A stretch of 64,000 nucleotides of DNA from Balanoglossus misakiensis (taxonomy: Eukaryota > Animalia > Hemichordata), in contig CM082598.2 in the NCBI GenBank assembly GCA_040954595.2, forward strand, positions 5,223,097-5,287,096. Reading direction: 5' to 3'. Position numbers and translations under genes: made by a program. Shown here piece after piece: positions 38,801 to 49,675 of this stretch. How positions within the stretch are numbered: position 1 is the first letter of the stretch; each line of letters opens with the position of its first letter. The notes under the pieces were generated by a model, which ran no database searches, was not told where the DNA came from, and worked only from the letters and a program-made list of their open reading frames with translations.

Positions 38801-39781
38801 ACGATATCGAGAGAGGCCACTGTTTCGCGAGTATTAATTTTCGTGTTCTCTTATTTCATTCACTGCATCATTATCTTCAAAACAAATTACGCGACTTTTT
38901 ATTTTCATGCTATTTTGGCTCTCGCGTATTTTGCAGAAAATTTATTGCTCACGAAAATAAAGTGTTTTACAGTATTAAGAATATATCCACGTATACTCAC
39001 TGAGGCAAATGGTCCTGTAGGCGTGCGATAATTCCACAGGACGGATCCATCTTCGCCAAGAGACAGGCAGTAATGGCTGTGACAACAGCTAGCCAGCTCG
39101 CAGGGCTGGCTGGGTAGGTGGTGGTCACAATATGATTCTTTAAAAAAAAGATACAAGTACATTAAAACCTGTGGGTGACTTCCCAGATGCAGTGCATAGT
39201 TATCACATTCTATACCCTTACATTACAATAGAATTTTGAGAAAAGTGTTACAATATTGTCATTTATTTGACATCTTCACTAAAGGTGCCAAAAGAGGAGG
39301 TATTATTATATGATAAAAGAAAACACTATGTCACCGTGTTTGTTTTATTGATAGAGCTGTTCATATGTTTTCAATGTAAGAAAACTATAGAAGTGCAAAA
39401 AAGTGCTGACTCGGCATTTTCTACAATATCTGAGACCCTCTAAGTGAAAAAGTGTTTGTTTTTAACATTCATTGATAAACAATATAAAACTCAGGAAAAT
39501 GACAATATTCTAACTTTGGAATAGTCCACTACCTTAACCCGTTTCCCTGAATACAGGTCTAAGTCTCTCATTGAAAACACTGGATTTGGGCCAAACCATG
39601 GTGGTGACAGGGGGGGGGGGGTAGTAAAAGCCACACATACCCTGAACCTAGCCCATCGTCTCTTCCAGGTGCGCTTGCCACTCTCGAACACGGCTCTCAG
39701 CGCTTCATGGTTGACGTTGACGTCGATTCCCTCGTGGGTGACCGTAAACTGGAAGGCTACAGCAGCGTGGGCTTCTGCCAT
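26885..39781 (-). CDS. CPT1A: Carnitine O-palmitoyltransferase 1 (CPT1A-like), complete, 17 coding exons, 768 aa
   Basis: Exons 39781-39641, 39137-39001, 38427-38256, 37313-37212, 36580-36365, 35783-35676, 35053-34848, 34325-34245, 33884-33761, 33447-33314, 32460-32310, 31618-31454, 30805-30671, 30148-29996, 28133-28020, 27629-27537, 26959-26885. All GT-AG, phases consistent, 2307 nt. Motifs: [13 protein letters not shown]-terminus, two TM segments, [29 protein letters not shown], catalytic [70 protein letters not shown]. Confidence 0.96.
27029..27394. mobile_element. MITE family A (palindromic, ~360 bp, TTAA-AGGGACAAAGTCTCTCT termini; Kolobok/T2-like), full copy
   Basis: Long inverted arms, TTAA at both ends, about 10 copies in the window. 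Superfamily inferred from the TTAA+AGG termini. Confidence 0.8.
27744..27923. mobile_element. Tigger-like MITE related to family D
   Basis: TGCAGTGAAA...TTTCACTGCA termini with internal AAGGACA sub-repeats. Confidence 0.55.
28189..28400 (+). mobile_element. MITE family C (~210 bp, TA-C(T/C)GTAAAACAC TIR; Tc1/mariner-like TA target)
   Basis: TACTGTAAAACA...TGTTTTACAGTA; six copies in the window. Confidence 0.78.
28404..28535. mobile_element. MITE family A, partial copy
   Basis: Right arm only. Confidence 0.7.
28921..29114. mobile_element. Short TIR element (AGGGGAGAACCATATGATTT...AAATCAAATGGTCCTTCCCT); related left end at ~41801
   Basis: Imperfect ~20-bp TIR with poly-G and poly-C subterminal runs. 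Confidence 0.55.
30391..30580 (+). mobile_element. MITE family B (~190 bp, TTAA-AGGTATAC(G/A)GTCACC TIR; Kolobok-like)
   Basis: TIRs AAAGGTATACGGTCACCT / AGGTGACTGTATACCTTT; five copies in the window. Confidence 0.78.
31267..31432 (+). mobile_element. MITE family D (TA-CAGTCAAACCT TIR; pogo/Tigger-like)
   Basis: TACAGTCAAACCTG...CAGGTTTGACTGTA with internal GGCCAC sub-repeats; other copies at 36980-37162 and 58820-58989. Confidence 0.75.
31837..32194. mobile_element. MITE family A, full copy
   Basis: TTAAAGGGACAAAG...CTTTGTCCCTTTAA. Confidence 0.82.
33918..34083. repeat. Interspersed repeat, second copy at ~32650-32826
   Basis: Shared ATGTCCTCCCAT..CAGC..AAACC.CACTGCAGTCGCCA.GACC...GGTTGGCTGCTTCGTT.ATT.TAAGAATTATCT. 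Confidence 0.65.
34368..34560 (-). mobile_element. MITE family B copy
   Basis: Reverse orientation, TTAA at both ends. Confidence 0.8.
35095..35436. mobile_element. MITE family A, near-full copy
   Basis: Same arms as 31837-32194. Confidence 0.78.
36178..36359 (+). mobile_element. MITE family B copy with degenerate left end
   Basis: Same internal sequence; ends 5 nt from a CPT1 exon boundary. Confidence 0.72.
36604..36817 (+). mobile_element. MITE family C copy
   Basis: Same TIR and internal sequence. Confidence 0.78.
36980..37162 (-). mobile_element. MITE family D copy
   Basis: Reverse copy of 31267-31432. Confidence 0.72.
37773..38001. repeat. Two-copy direct repeat (period 138 bp)
   Basis: CACTTGGCAG.CTAACGGGCCTGGGAGCC.GGATTCTAGGCACCCTGGAAATCA at ~37776 and ~37914. 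Confidence 0.75.
38764..38974 (-). mobile_element. MITE family C copy
   Basis: Reverse orientation. Confidence 0.78.
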
Positions 39782-40008
39782 GTTGTGTGTGTGCTACTGC
39801 TATACAGGGCAGGGCCTTTAAAGATGTAACCGGGAGGGGGGGGCGTGGTAAATCGCGAGTGGAGTCGGGCTGGGTACTCTCGGCAGCAAACCTCTCTGTA
39901 AACATAAAATGAAAATATTACAGAAACAAACTCAAAATGCATAATACCGACACACCGATAGACTGAGAAAATTGTTCAGTTTACAAAGGTTTTCCGGTTT
40001 ATATAGGT

Positions 40009-40202
40009 TTAAAGGTATACGGTCACCTATGGAAAATTGTCTATAGTTACCATGGCAAATTGAGATCTAGCCAATCACAGATTTTCAGTGGGTGGCACAC
40101 GCGAAAAAAGAGCGCCACCATATATGTTCTTTAGAATGCTCAAATACGCCATTTCAGCCATATATGGGCGTATGTAAATTGGAGGTGACTGTATACCTTT
40201 AA
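40009..40202 (+). mobile_element. MITE family B copy
   Basis: TTAAAGGTATAC...GTATACCTTTAA. Confidence 0.8.
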
Positions 40203-41287
40203 CTGAAAGACGTATGAAATATGCAACGTAAGAAGCCATCCTGAAAATTAGCTGGATAATGTCAAACTGAAATGCACAGAGCATTGACCTATAACCCATG
40301 AACTTTTAGAAAACATGGAAAATATTTGCTTGGTTTTGCAGAAATAGAAAAGGACACAAGAAACTATTAATGCAATTAACTTTACAACTACCGATATTTT
40401 TAGACAATTATGCAAACTGAAAATTATCTGTCAGATTTCACCACTGGAAACATTCAATTACTCTTCAAAACATATGTATCGCCAACTGGTAGGGATGTTT
40501 GGTGTCGGTTTCATACGGAATGGCATGTTGCCTCGTAAAAATAGCCACTGCATAATTGTAAAGCTATATTTAGTACCAGAGTGTGCCTTCACTAATGCAG
40601 AATTAACCCTAACAGTGCCAAGTCAGTAGGAAACGTAGTTATTTTCCTACCCCCCTAGAATCCGGGGCATACTTGACTGTGGAGAAATGAATTGGTATCA
40701 GACTGTGTAATGTCAAATATTTGAACAGCTGAGTACATACTAAACCGCCTCTGCTGGGTAATTTGATCAGGCCAAGATGATCATAAACAGTGGATACAGC
40801 TAGATTGAGGCAAACGACCCTGTCTAAATACACACATGGCAGCTAATCAAAGAAACCAACACTGTCTAAATACGTATTCCAGTGATGATACGTATCTATA
40901 TAGACTTGAGACTCTAACGGGTTATGACACCCGGTAGCAATAGGGTTAATGAAACACAGCCAGTCAAAGGAAGTGTTTTGCTAAGGTTGGGGAACATTGG
41001 TAATGGATTTGGGAATCCCCGTAACATTCCTATAACCCCCTAATATAACTGCATTGAATACACCCAGGGGAACCCCGGTAAAATGCCTGGGAAACTCTGG
41101 CAGATTTTACCTAGGTACCGCGTACCGCCCTTAACAAAAACACTTGTGATGATACATTTATCTCCATCACTCTGATTAAAATCAGATATAGGGTACGGTG
41201 ATGTCTTTCTCTGTTGATATAAAGACAATTTCTCGGTGTGAAATAATCCTATTTTACAGTAATGCCTGTTATTTTGGACAGAGGAAG

Positions 41288-41499
41288 TACTGTAAAACAC
41301 TTTATTTTCGCGAGTAATACATTTACGCGGAATACACGAGAGCCAAAATAGCGTGAAAATAAAAAGTCACGTAAATTTTTTTTGAAGATAACGGTGCAGT
41401 GAATGAAATATGAGAACGCGAAAATTAAAACTCACGAAACAGTGGCCTCTATCGATATCGCGAACATTTCAACTCGCGAAAATAAAGTGTTTTACAGTA
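41288..41499 (+). mobile_element. MITE family C copy
   Basis: TACTGTAAAACACTTTATTTTCGCGAG...CTCGCGAAAATAAAGTGTTTTACAGTA, perfect TIR. Confidence 0.82.
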
Positions 41500-44400
41500 T
41501 TCTAAATGCCTCAACACACAGTACAATGTACAGTTCACACACACAAGTTAAGTATGTCAGGTATGGGTTCCAAACCCACTTCATGCTAAATACATGTACT
41601 ATCAGTATCAATAAAAGTGATCTGGCTCAAGGTCACGCTGACCTCAAGGTACTCTGGATAGCAAAGTCCATTGATAAGAACACCATTAACAGGGTGCATG
41701 CAGGTGTCAATTGCTCCACAGGGGCAGGCAACCTACATTACAGTTTACTGGGGTATGCGTCCTTTTATAAATTAGCTCTAGTGTTGGCTCAGTGTCAGCT
41801 AAGGGGAGAACCATTTGATTTCTCGGGGGGGGGGGGTGGAGGAATTTTGGATAAAAGAATTTGTTTGAAGATGGTGCGTAGAAAAATCAATTTTCTGCAA
41901 TGCCTTGAGGAAGAAAGAATGCAATATGACAAATAATGCACATTTGTCAATATTACAAGAATGTCAAACTCTCAGTCACATGCGACAATCCCTGACCTTC
42001 ACCGAAACCACTCTTATCTTACCTCCCTTGAACTTGAAACTTTTGAATGACGTCATTAAGTCACTGGAGGGGGGGGGGGGGGGGTCAGAGTGCAAAAGGT
42101 TAAGCAGTTACTATAGTATTCAACTTGCATGGTACATCATACATGTACCCATCTTTATTTCATGAAATAGACATTTGGCGATATCATCACCATCACCAGT
42201 GGCCAAACCTAATTTACCAAGATCTCACCTGGGGTAAATTTCATTTTTTGTAGGACTTTATAAAATGATTCTTAAGTCGGACATTGTTCAGGTCTGTACA
42301 CAGCTGCAAGTATCTTCGGGGCTTCATTTTACTAAATCCAGTTAATAATAATAATAATTTATTTTTATACAGCGATTTCCATCAATAAAAACATCAAACC
42401 GCTTTACAATAAAAAAACTAAGCTCATAAAATACAATATTAAAACTGTGAAGATACACTGATAAAATGGCCTACTCGGCATTGGAGAATTAAAATTTCAC
42501 TGGAGCGGCCTGCTATCACACACACACTCACTTAGCTACAGGTCCGACATCTGTATTCTACGTACCACAGCCTCATTGCTGGGCACCGACGTCAAACCAG
42601 CAAAAATGGTCAGACACACAGCAGACAAAGTCCTGGGTCAAAGGGCAGCCATGGCTTAATTACTACAATTTACACATGGACTTTGCCTGTCTGTGGCGCA
42701 GAATTAAAAATATTATCAGTCAGGATTTGTTTTCATTGGTGTGTTACGACCTTTGGACCCAAATACAACCATGTGCTCCTTGGGCATGGTACTGATCCAT
42801 AATCACACATACTGTACAAACTCAAACATGTCAAGGCTGGCCAACCTCCGGCTAATCAACATTTTTTTTTCGAATCTTATTCATGGGATAAAATAGCAAG
42901 AAATATATTTTTTTGTTCATAACTAAAAACAGGGGAACAAATAATGATTATCATGTTATTCAGCACAATTAAAATTGGTTAATTGTATTGATTATGTTTA
43001 GAACTTTGGAGGGCAAAAGACTTTGCAAAAAAGCTAGTACAAAATGTCACTCTACAATTTTTTTTTTTTTTTTGGGGGGGGGGCCTGGTGATTTTCTGTT
43101 TTAAAGTTATGTAACTTATTCAAGTTATTGTACCTGAATTCTCAATCTGGATTAAACAGTTACAGTATCCATACAAATATGTAAGTGTTACTTAACATTT
43201 TAATTTCCGAAGCCATACAAATTCGACAATTTTGTATAGCGAAGTTCGAATTCTATCAAGATAATTTTTTGAAAGATGACAAGTTCTATCGACATAAAAC
43301 CCTGTTTTAAGGGCAGCGCTCATATACAAACGTGACCAGCGAACAGCTCACTGGCTGTGACGAATTTTTAGCAGTGAGTGGGTTTGATATGTCAACAATG
43401 AAGCTTACATAACACAATTGTTTCATGGTCTCAACTGCATGTGACCAACATGTGACCCTCACCTACATAGCCCGCAAAAGTAAATGTAGGTGCCCGCAAC
43501 ATTGTATTGTACAAGACCAATATCCGAATCACATGACTGTCACTACAGCATTACATCTTTCACTTTTAGTTTCAGTAGTAATAGAATCATGTCATTCAGG
43601 GAGACAGTTTTGGACTAGTCTAACTTCCATCATTTCTGTCACTGCCATATACACAAATTTAATTGACGCACCCATCGCTGTTCGGTAGAAAATACAAAGA
43701 GATGTAATATTTACACTAGCATAGCCAAACAGTGAGTGGATGACTCAGAGACAGCATAAAAGCCAGTTTTGATTTGTATATTTGCATACTGGTCTTTGCC
43801 AATTTAGTGACATTACACCTGTACACACACACTGACCATCTTTTAATGAGCTCTAAGGGGCAGAGGGTTCACTTCATGTGATCAATAGAGAAAGAATGTT
43901 GACCCAGCAAAAGGTGTACAATTATCCCCTGCGTGACAACTAATGGTGGTAATCACTTTTTATCACATGTCAAAGTTTACAGACTGTATTTTCAGACACA
44001 ATATTAATCCTCTGGTTTTTTTTTTGCCAAGTTGTACTTTTTGGTGTGCTTCGTCTATGGAGCCTGGCAAACTCAGGTTTAATTTTCAAAGCTGCAGTAA
44101 AACTGTTACCAGATTTTTTATATCTGACATGACACTGTGACCCAGAATAACCTGCAGTAGGGGATGGGGGTACATACAAGGGTAATGTCATTTTGAAAAG
44201 AACTCAAATCTGATGTTGAGGAGTAAGGCGCCGTCTTACTTTTGCCGATTCTTTGCTGTTATGTTCAGAAGGGGGTCGCATAAGCCCGAGAACAGCCAAG
44301 ACTGAAAACAACAGCCAAAACCGAGAGATCAGAATACTAGTAGCTAAAACTATCATCAGTGCCTAGCTCTACATCTGATTTTAATCACATTGAAACTGCT

Positions 44401-45771
44401 CTGGCCAAATTCCGATATATGACTTTCTTAAACCAGTCAGCAGTTAACTGTATCATCCAATTTGTCTAACTGTTACTTTTTCAAAACAGCCTGGTGACAT
44501 TTAATAAATATTGATGACGCTGTATCATATGGAGATTGTCAAAGAGTTTTGAATAGTTTATGTGTGTGCATTGTTGTTTCAAGGACTGTGTATTGGTGTT
44601 GACCTGAAAAGATTGTGTGAAGTATGTAAAAAGCACTGTAGTAGTAGAAGTGCAGGGACAATAATGTCAAAACACGCTAATTTGACGTCATTGTGAGCAT
44701 GGATGAACAATACCATTGACATGTTTGTTTCAGTGCTTGGTTGGAAGTTGGATAGAAACCTACATGAAACTGACCATCCATTAGCACCAGGCAAGATATT
44801 GAGTTGAAATAATGATTTATCTATTTTCAACGGATCAAGTACTAGTAATATATATGGTATTTTTCATAACAGTTCGTTGTACATGTACATGTTGGGGGTT
44901 GTGTTAGGACATGACACATCACACAGTACCCTCCCCCCCCCCCCTCCTTTATGAATAATGGGACCGTTTGTTTACATGGTCACTACACACGTTTCAAAGT
45001 CTCTGTAACTTGCAACAAGAAGGAAATTCACAAGCAACCGAACACGGATACCGCATGAGTTATAACCTTGCCCCGGTGTTTGTAAACAAACCAGAGTAAA
45101 GCACAGTTCCGCTCGAGCGGCAGTGCACCAAAACAAGATCCGGATCCCCGACTGAACGTCCTGGGGGAATATTCAATGCATAGGCGGATATGGATACAAG
45201 TCTACGGCCTTGTCATTAGTGATTTACCGTCGACCGTAGAGCACTTTGTCGTAGGGTTTTGTAAACATACACACTGCACTTCCCTCATAGGTGCCAGATA
45301 GGTTCAGACAGACGGTAAATTTGTGAGAAAGGCCGCTGAAATTTAGCAGAAACGAAAGCAAAACAGAGAGAGGGGTCGGGCCTCCCTCAGAACACACCGA
45401 CCACTTGTAGTTACATACCAGTCCGATATCAAGACCCAGTTCGACAATATTCCCTTGTCAGCGCTTTCATTTGCAGTCAATTCACTGCAAATGATCACGA
45501 TTCTTTCAATGTCAACGGCTCTGGTCAAACATCAGCGCTGACCGCTGTTGTTACGTCGCTTTAATGTTTTGTTGGCACACTGACAAAATGAAACCGTAGC
45601 CAACCAATGTCATGGCGTAGGTCGGTCGGTGCACAACACAGTATTTTGATGAAATTTTCGTCCGACGGTTGGAAAACGCGAAAATAAACACGCTACATTG
45701 ACGACTGATGCTTTATATCACTTGTCATCCGCAGCAAACAGAAAATATCGGAAGAAATCGATGAAAATTAC

Positions 45772-46105
45772 CTGTAACTTTTGGTGTTGTCGGCAGACTG
45801 CAAATCTCCAACCCCGGTGACCGTGTCACAAGTGACTTATGACCTGCGGCTCATGCTCATGCGCAGTCAAATCGGATGTGACGTCACAGAGTTTATCTTG
45901 GCCACGAATGAACTGATAGTGACAGAGAAATCGCCGGTGCTGAAGATTTCAGATAAAAGGGCAGATATCTGTTCCGTAGCTGGGAAGTGGTTAGACCTTA
46001 TACTGGGTCATACAAAGTCCATACCTGTGTATATTGTTAAATTTATGCCAAACCCAAAGGCTGAGATGCATGGGGGAGGGGAGTGGGCGTTGTATGGGCG
46101 GGGCT
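45772..46105 (-). promoter_or_regulatory. Probable CPT1 non-coding first exon and promoter
   Basis: Minus-strand donor CAG|GTAATT at 45771, DR1 (45833-45845), NRF1-like CTGCGCATGAG (~45856-45866), CRE TGACGTCA (45879-45886) and GC box GGGCGGGG (~46096-46103) in a CpG-richer patch. Assignment to CPT1 is inferred. Confidence 0.45.
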
Positions 46106-46989
46106 GGATTGGGTTGTTCATTCCCAGGTTCTCGAGAGCTCGTTATCTTATGAGTTTTTGTCGACATTGAATGCTTATATATTTGAGAGCATTTGTTTTC
46201 CATTGACAAAGTTATCCATTTAGGCTGTTTAAAAAGTTGGGAAGGTTATTCTGCTCTCAACATATCAGCACTCATCTCAAACGGATGTTGGAAGTGTGGC
46301 CTTTGTCCCCTAGGCGTCACAATTAGGCCTAAATGTACCTCTAGTAATTAAATAATCTCACATGAACTGCAACTTTTGGATATGTTTTTCACTACTTTAA
46401 CAAAAAATGTGCATACATGTTCGACGAACGCCCCCATCGGCCGGTTTCGAGTTGGTAGGAAATTTTCCTATTCACCCGTGCATGGTGTGAGGGCGCTCAA
46501 AATTTGAACACTCGAACGATACTAGTATAATTATGTCATATTTACCAATGAAAAATAGCATATTTTCAGACAACCGAGACAAGCTGGTTATTTGTCTCAT
46601 ACTTGCACCAATTGTAAAACATCATGGAAAAGGTGAAAATAAAACGTGATACCGCGTAAGCTTTTACCATTAATCCTTTCAGTTTGTCATACTCTGATGG
46701 AAGACTATATATATATATATTTTAATAGTAATCACTTTATTTTCTTATATACTGTGTAATTAATTTCCATGTGTGAATGAAAAGGGTCAAACTAACTATC
46801 GTTTACAGGATGTAGACCTTTGTCAACGTACAACATACAATCTCTCATTTGCATAATATTAAAATATGATTAAAAAAACGTCAAAATGTGGGTAAATTAA
46901 CGGGGGATAGTGAAAGTAGCGCTCTACCCATTTCAACTATTGTTTGTAGTTGTGTTATATTTGTTTCTGTTCGGTTATATTCAGTGATG

Positions 46990-47235
46990 AGTCAACCACA
47001 CTCAACATCCATCCTACTTGCAGACAGGAAAGTGAAAAACTCTCCAAAATGAATAATCGGTGTTTACCATTTATTCATTTTGGCAAGATTTTTACTCTCA
47101 TATCCTACAAACGGGATGGAAGTTGTGTGTGGTTGGATGTTGATTCACTTTATATCCACATGTAGAATATCATAAACAGTGTCAAACATAATTAATGGAA
47201 AAAGGCAGCGAGAGAGAGAGACTTTGTCCTTTTAA
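46990..47235. mobile_element. MITE family A, partial copy
   Basis: Centre plus right arm. Confidence 0.7.
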
Positions 47236-47276
47236 TAGACCTGGTCCAAACCGCGGAATCGAAACATAATAAATTA

Positions 47277-47681
47277 GGCCAGGAAGAAAAAAATAAATTG
47301 TTCATCGGAATCGCCGCTTCTACTTTAGCTGATTTGAAAAAAAAAAAATTTGGATCTCGGCAAATTCTACTTCCGCGTTGCAAAATTCTTAGTACTGGCG
47401 CTTGTGGCCAGAATATGTTGTGCAAACACCAACTGTAAATGTAATGGCCTATGTTATTGTTGGGAAATATAGTATTGAATTCAGTTACAAGTACATGTAT
47501 CAGTGTTTTTGTCTGAGATATTTCTGGTAAAAAGGGAAACAAATATATCGCCTTGTCTGCATCTGTGCAAATATGCCAGAGAACCGCGTTTACCTTCAGC
47601 CTAAAAAACAAAATATTCGCTCGCCGCTCCTGGAACTTGGTCCAAAAAATCCGATGAACAAGATTTTTTTTCTCTCTGGCC
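47277..47681. mobile_element. PIF/Harbinger-like MITE
   Basis: TIR GGCCAGGAAGAAAAAAATAAATTGTTCATCGGA / TCCGATGAACAAGATTTTTTTTCTCTCTGGCC with TTA duplicated on both sides. Confidence 0.65.
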
Positions 47682-48160
47682 TTATTGAAAATACATGTAA
47701 TCTCATTTTGGCATTTCAGCAATGACGTGTGGCTGCAAATAGATCGTCACGGTAGTATTTATTTTGCTTCTACTATACTTTGTCAGTCAACAGTTTCTTC
47801 TGTATTTTACTAAAGAGGGGGCGCGTCTTGTTTGTTGAAATGTCCTGATAGACCCCGCACGCTGGACTCAACAGACAAAACACAGCCCTGTGTACGTAAA
47901 AATAGCCGGAAAACTGTCGAATTGTGACAAGAAGCGATCACACCACTGCCAGCACAATTTAAAGATTTGCAAATATAGTATTTTTCATACTCTTGTTGTT
48001 GCCAGCTCTATATCACTGGGCGACCCTAAGCCCCCACGGAACAGAAAATTCCGCTCGTCAACAATCAATCATGTGTGTCAATGAATAACTACAGGGAGTT
48101 GTGGTTCTAAACACGATCAATTACAGCTCTATAAGATATTTTCGTCTTTTCCTGCCCGCA

Positions 48161-48288
48161 TCTGACTCAACGTGCCCCAAAGCAAAGAGCTATTGCTTGC
48201 GGTCTATCAGCTAGTGCCCAGAGAACCTTCACTGGACACTATAATGGACCGCAAGCCAATAGCTTTTTGGGGGGCACGTGGAGTCAGA
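48161..48288. repeat. ~128-bp imperfect hairpin (fold-back element)
   Basis: TCTGACTCAACGTGCCCC..AGCTATTGCTTGCGGTC..TAGTGCCCAG pairs with CTGGACACTA..GACCGCAAGCCAATAGCT..GGGGCACGTGGAGTCAGA. Confidence 0.75.
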
Positions 48289-48418
48289 AGTTTACAATGG
48301 ATTTAGCGTTATAAAAATGACATGTAAAAATTCAACCGGCAAAGGATAAGGATAACAGCGACGATTTAAGAAAAAAAACTGACTCAGAAAAGTATTTGAA
48401 ATGCCTTCTGATTTTAGA

Positions 48419-48670
48419 TTAAAGGGACAAAGTCTCTCTCTCGCTGCCCCCTTTCCATTAATTATGTTTGATACAATACACCATTTATGTTATTTTACAT
48501 GTGGATATAGAGTGAATCAACGTGCGACCACTCACAACTTCCATTCTGTTTGAAGAATACGAGTGTAGAAATCTCGCCAAAGTGAATATATGGTAAAGAC
48601 CAATAAAACATTTTGGCGAGGTTTTCACACTCGAGTCTACAAGCGGGATGGAAGGTGTGTTAGTGTGGTT
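48419..48670. mobile_element. MITE family A, partial copy
   Basis: Left arm plus centre. Confidence 0.72.
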
Positions 48671-48782
48671 GCGCCTAGTTTAACCAGCCAATAGCAATAG
48701 GCCTATCAAATTCTAGCTAAACAGTTCTATTATTACACCGTGGATGTTGATATGCATACTAATGAGGCGTATGAATCTTTGA

Positions 48783-48873
48783 TATAAATGAAGCTTGGCT
48801 TTCAGAAAAGACTTCAGTCCGAGAGAGGCTTCTTTGCGGAACGCGTTTACAGACTGGGAAGAGTAAAACTCGA
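48783..48873 (+). promoter_or_regulatory. TATA box and probable non-coding first exon of the F-type lectin gene
   Basis: TATAAA at 48783-48788 and donor GA|GTGAGT at 48874. The next exon has an acceptor 4 nt before the ATG. Confidence 0.45.
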
Positions 48874-49269
48874 GTGAGTACCTTCAGATAGTTAACACTG
48901 TTTTATCCCCATACACTTGCACGAATATGTTACACTTAAAATTGTGTCTGGAAACGATTTGTTCGGTTTAATATGTAGTCACCCACTTATCTTTCATTTG
49001 GACGCGCTCTTTTAAAATTCAACCCCGGCTTGTAGCCACATCAGATCGATGTCTTATGATTCATTCCACGCACTTGTTGGAGTTAATTGCGCTCTTTTGA
49101 CGATGGCGGAGTTACCGCTACTATCCCATGAAAATCTAAAGCAGGAGTGTCGTCAGAACTGCTCATGAGCGACTTTTTTGTTTATAAACACGTCCCAATT
49201 GTTTCCACTGTTGCAGCCGACCCTGGCAACCTATGCATGTAATAGCAAATGTACTTAGAAATGTGATAA

Positions 49270-49660
49270 AAAGTAACGACCCATTGTTTGCCATGATGTA
49301 CATTGTAGCAGTTACACTACAGTGTAATACAAAGTAACAGCCAAACTGTTTGCATTTGTGTACATTGTAGCAGTTACACTACAATGTAATACAAAGTAAC
49401 AATCACATTGTTTGCAATATACACTGTAGCAGTTACACTACAATGTAATACAAAGTAACAACCACATTGTTTGCAATGATGTACATTGTAGCAGTTACAC
49501 TACAGTGTAATACAAAGTAACAACCACATTGTTTGCAATGATGTACATTGTAGCAGTTACACTACAATGTAATACAAAGTAACAACCACATTGTTTGCAA
49601 TGATGTACATTGTAGCAGTTACACTACAGTGTAATAAAAAGTAACAACCACGTTGCTTGC
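49270..49660. repeat. ~62-bp tandem repeat, ~6 copies
   Basis: Unit CATTGTAGCAGTTACACTACAGTGTAATACAAAGTAACAACCACATTGTTTGCAATGATGTA at 49301, 49363, 49422, 49484, 49546, 49608. Confidence 0.9.
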
Positions 49661-49675
49661 AAACATTGCAGGAAC

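Noticed and set aside
41403-41936. 177-aa ORF, and similar long ORFs at 47192-47722 and 61528-62040
   Set aside because: No recognisable domain or splice context; the first two overlap MITEs and the third lies in SULT intron 2.
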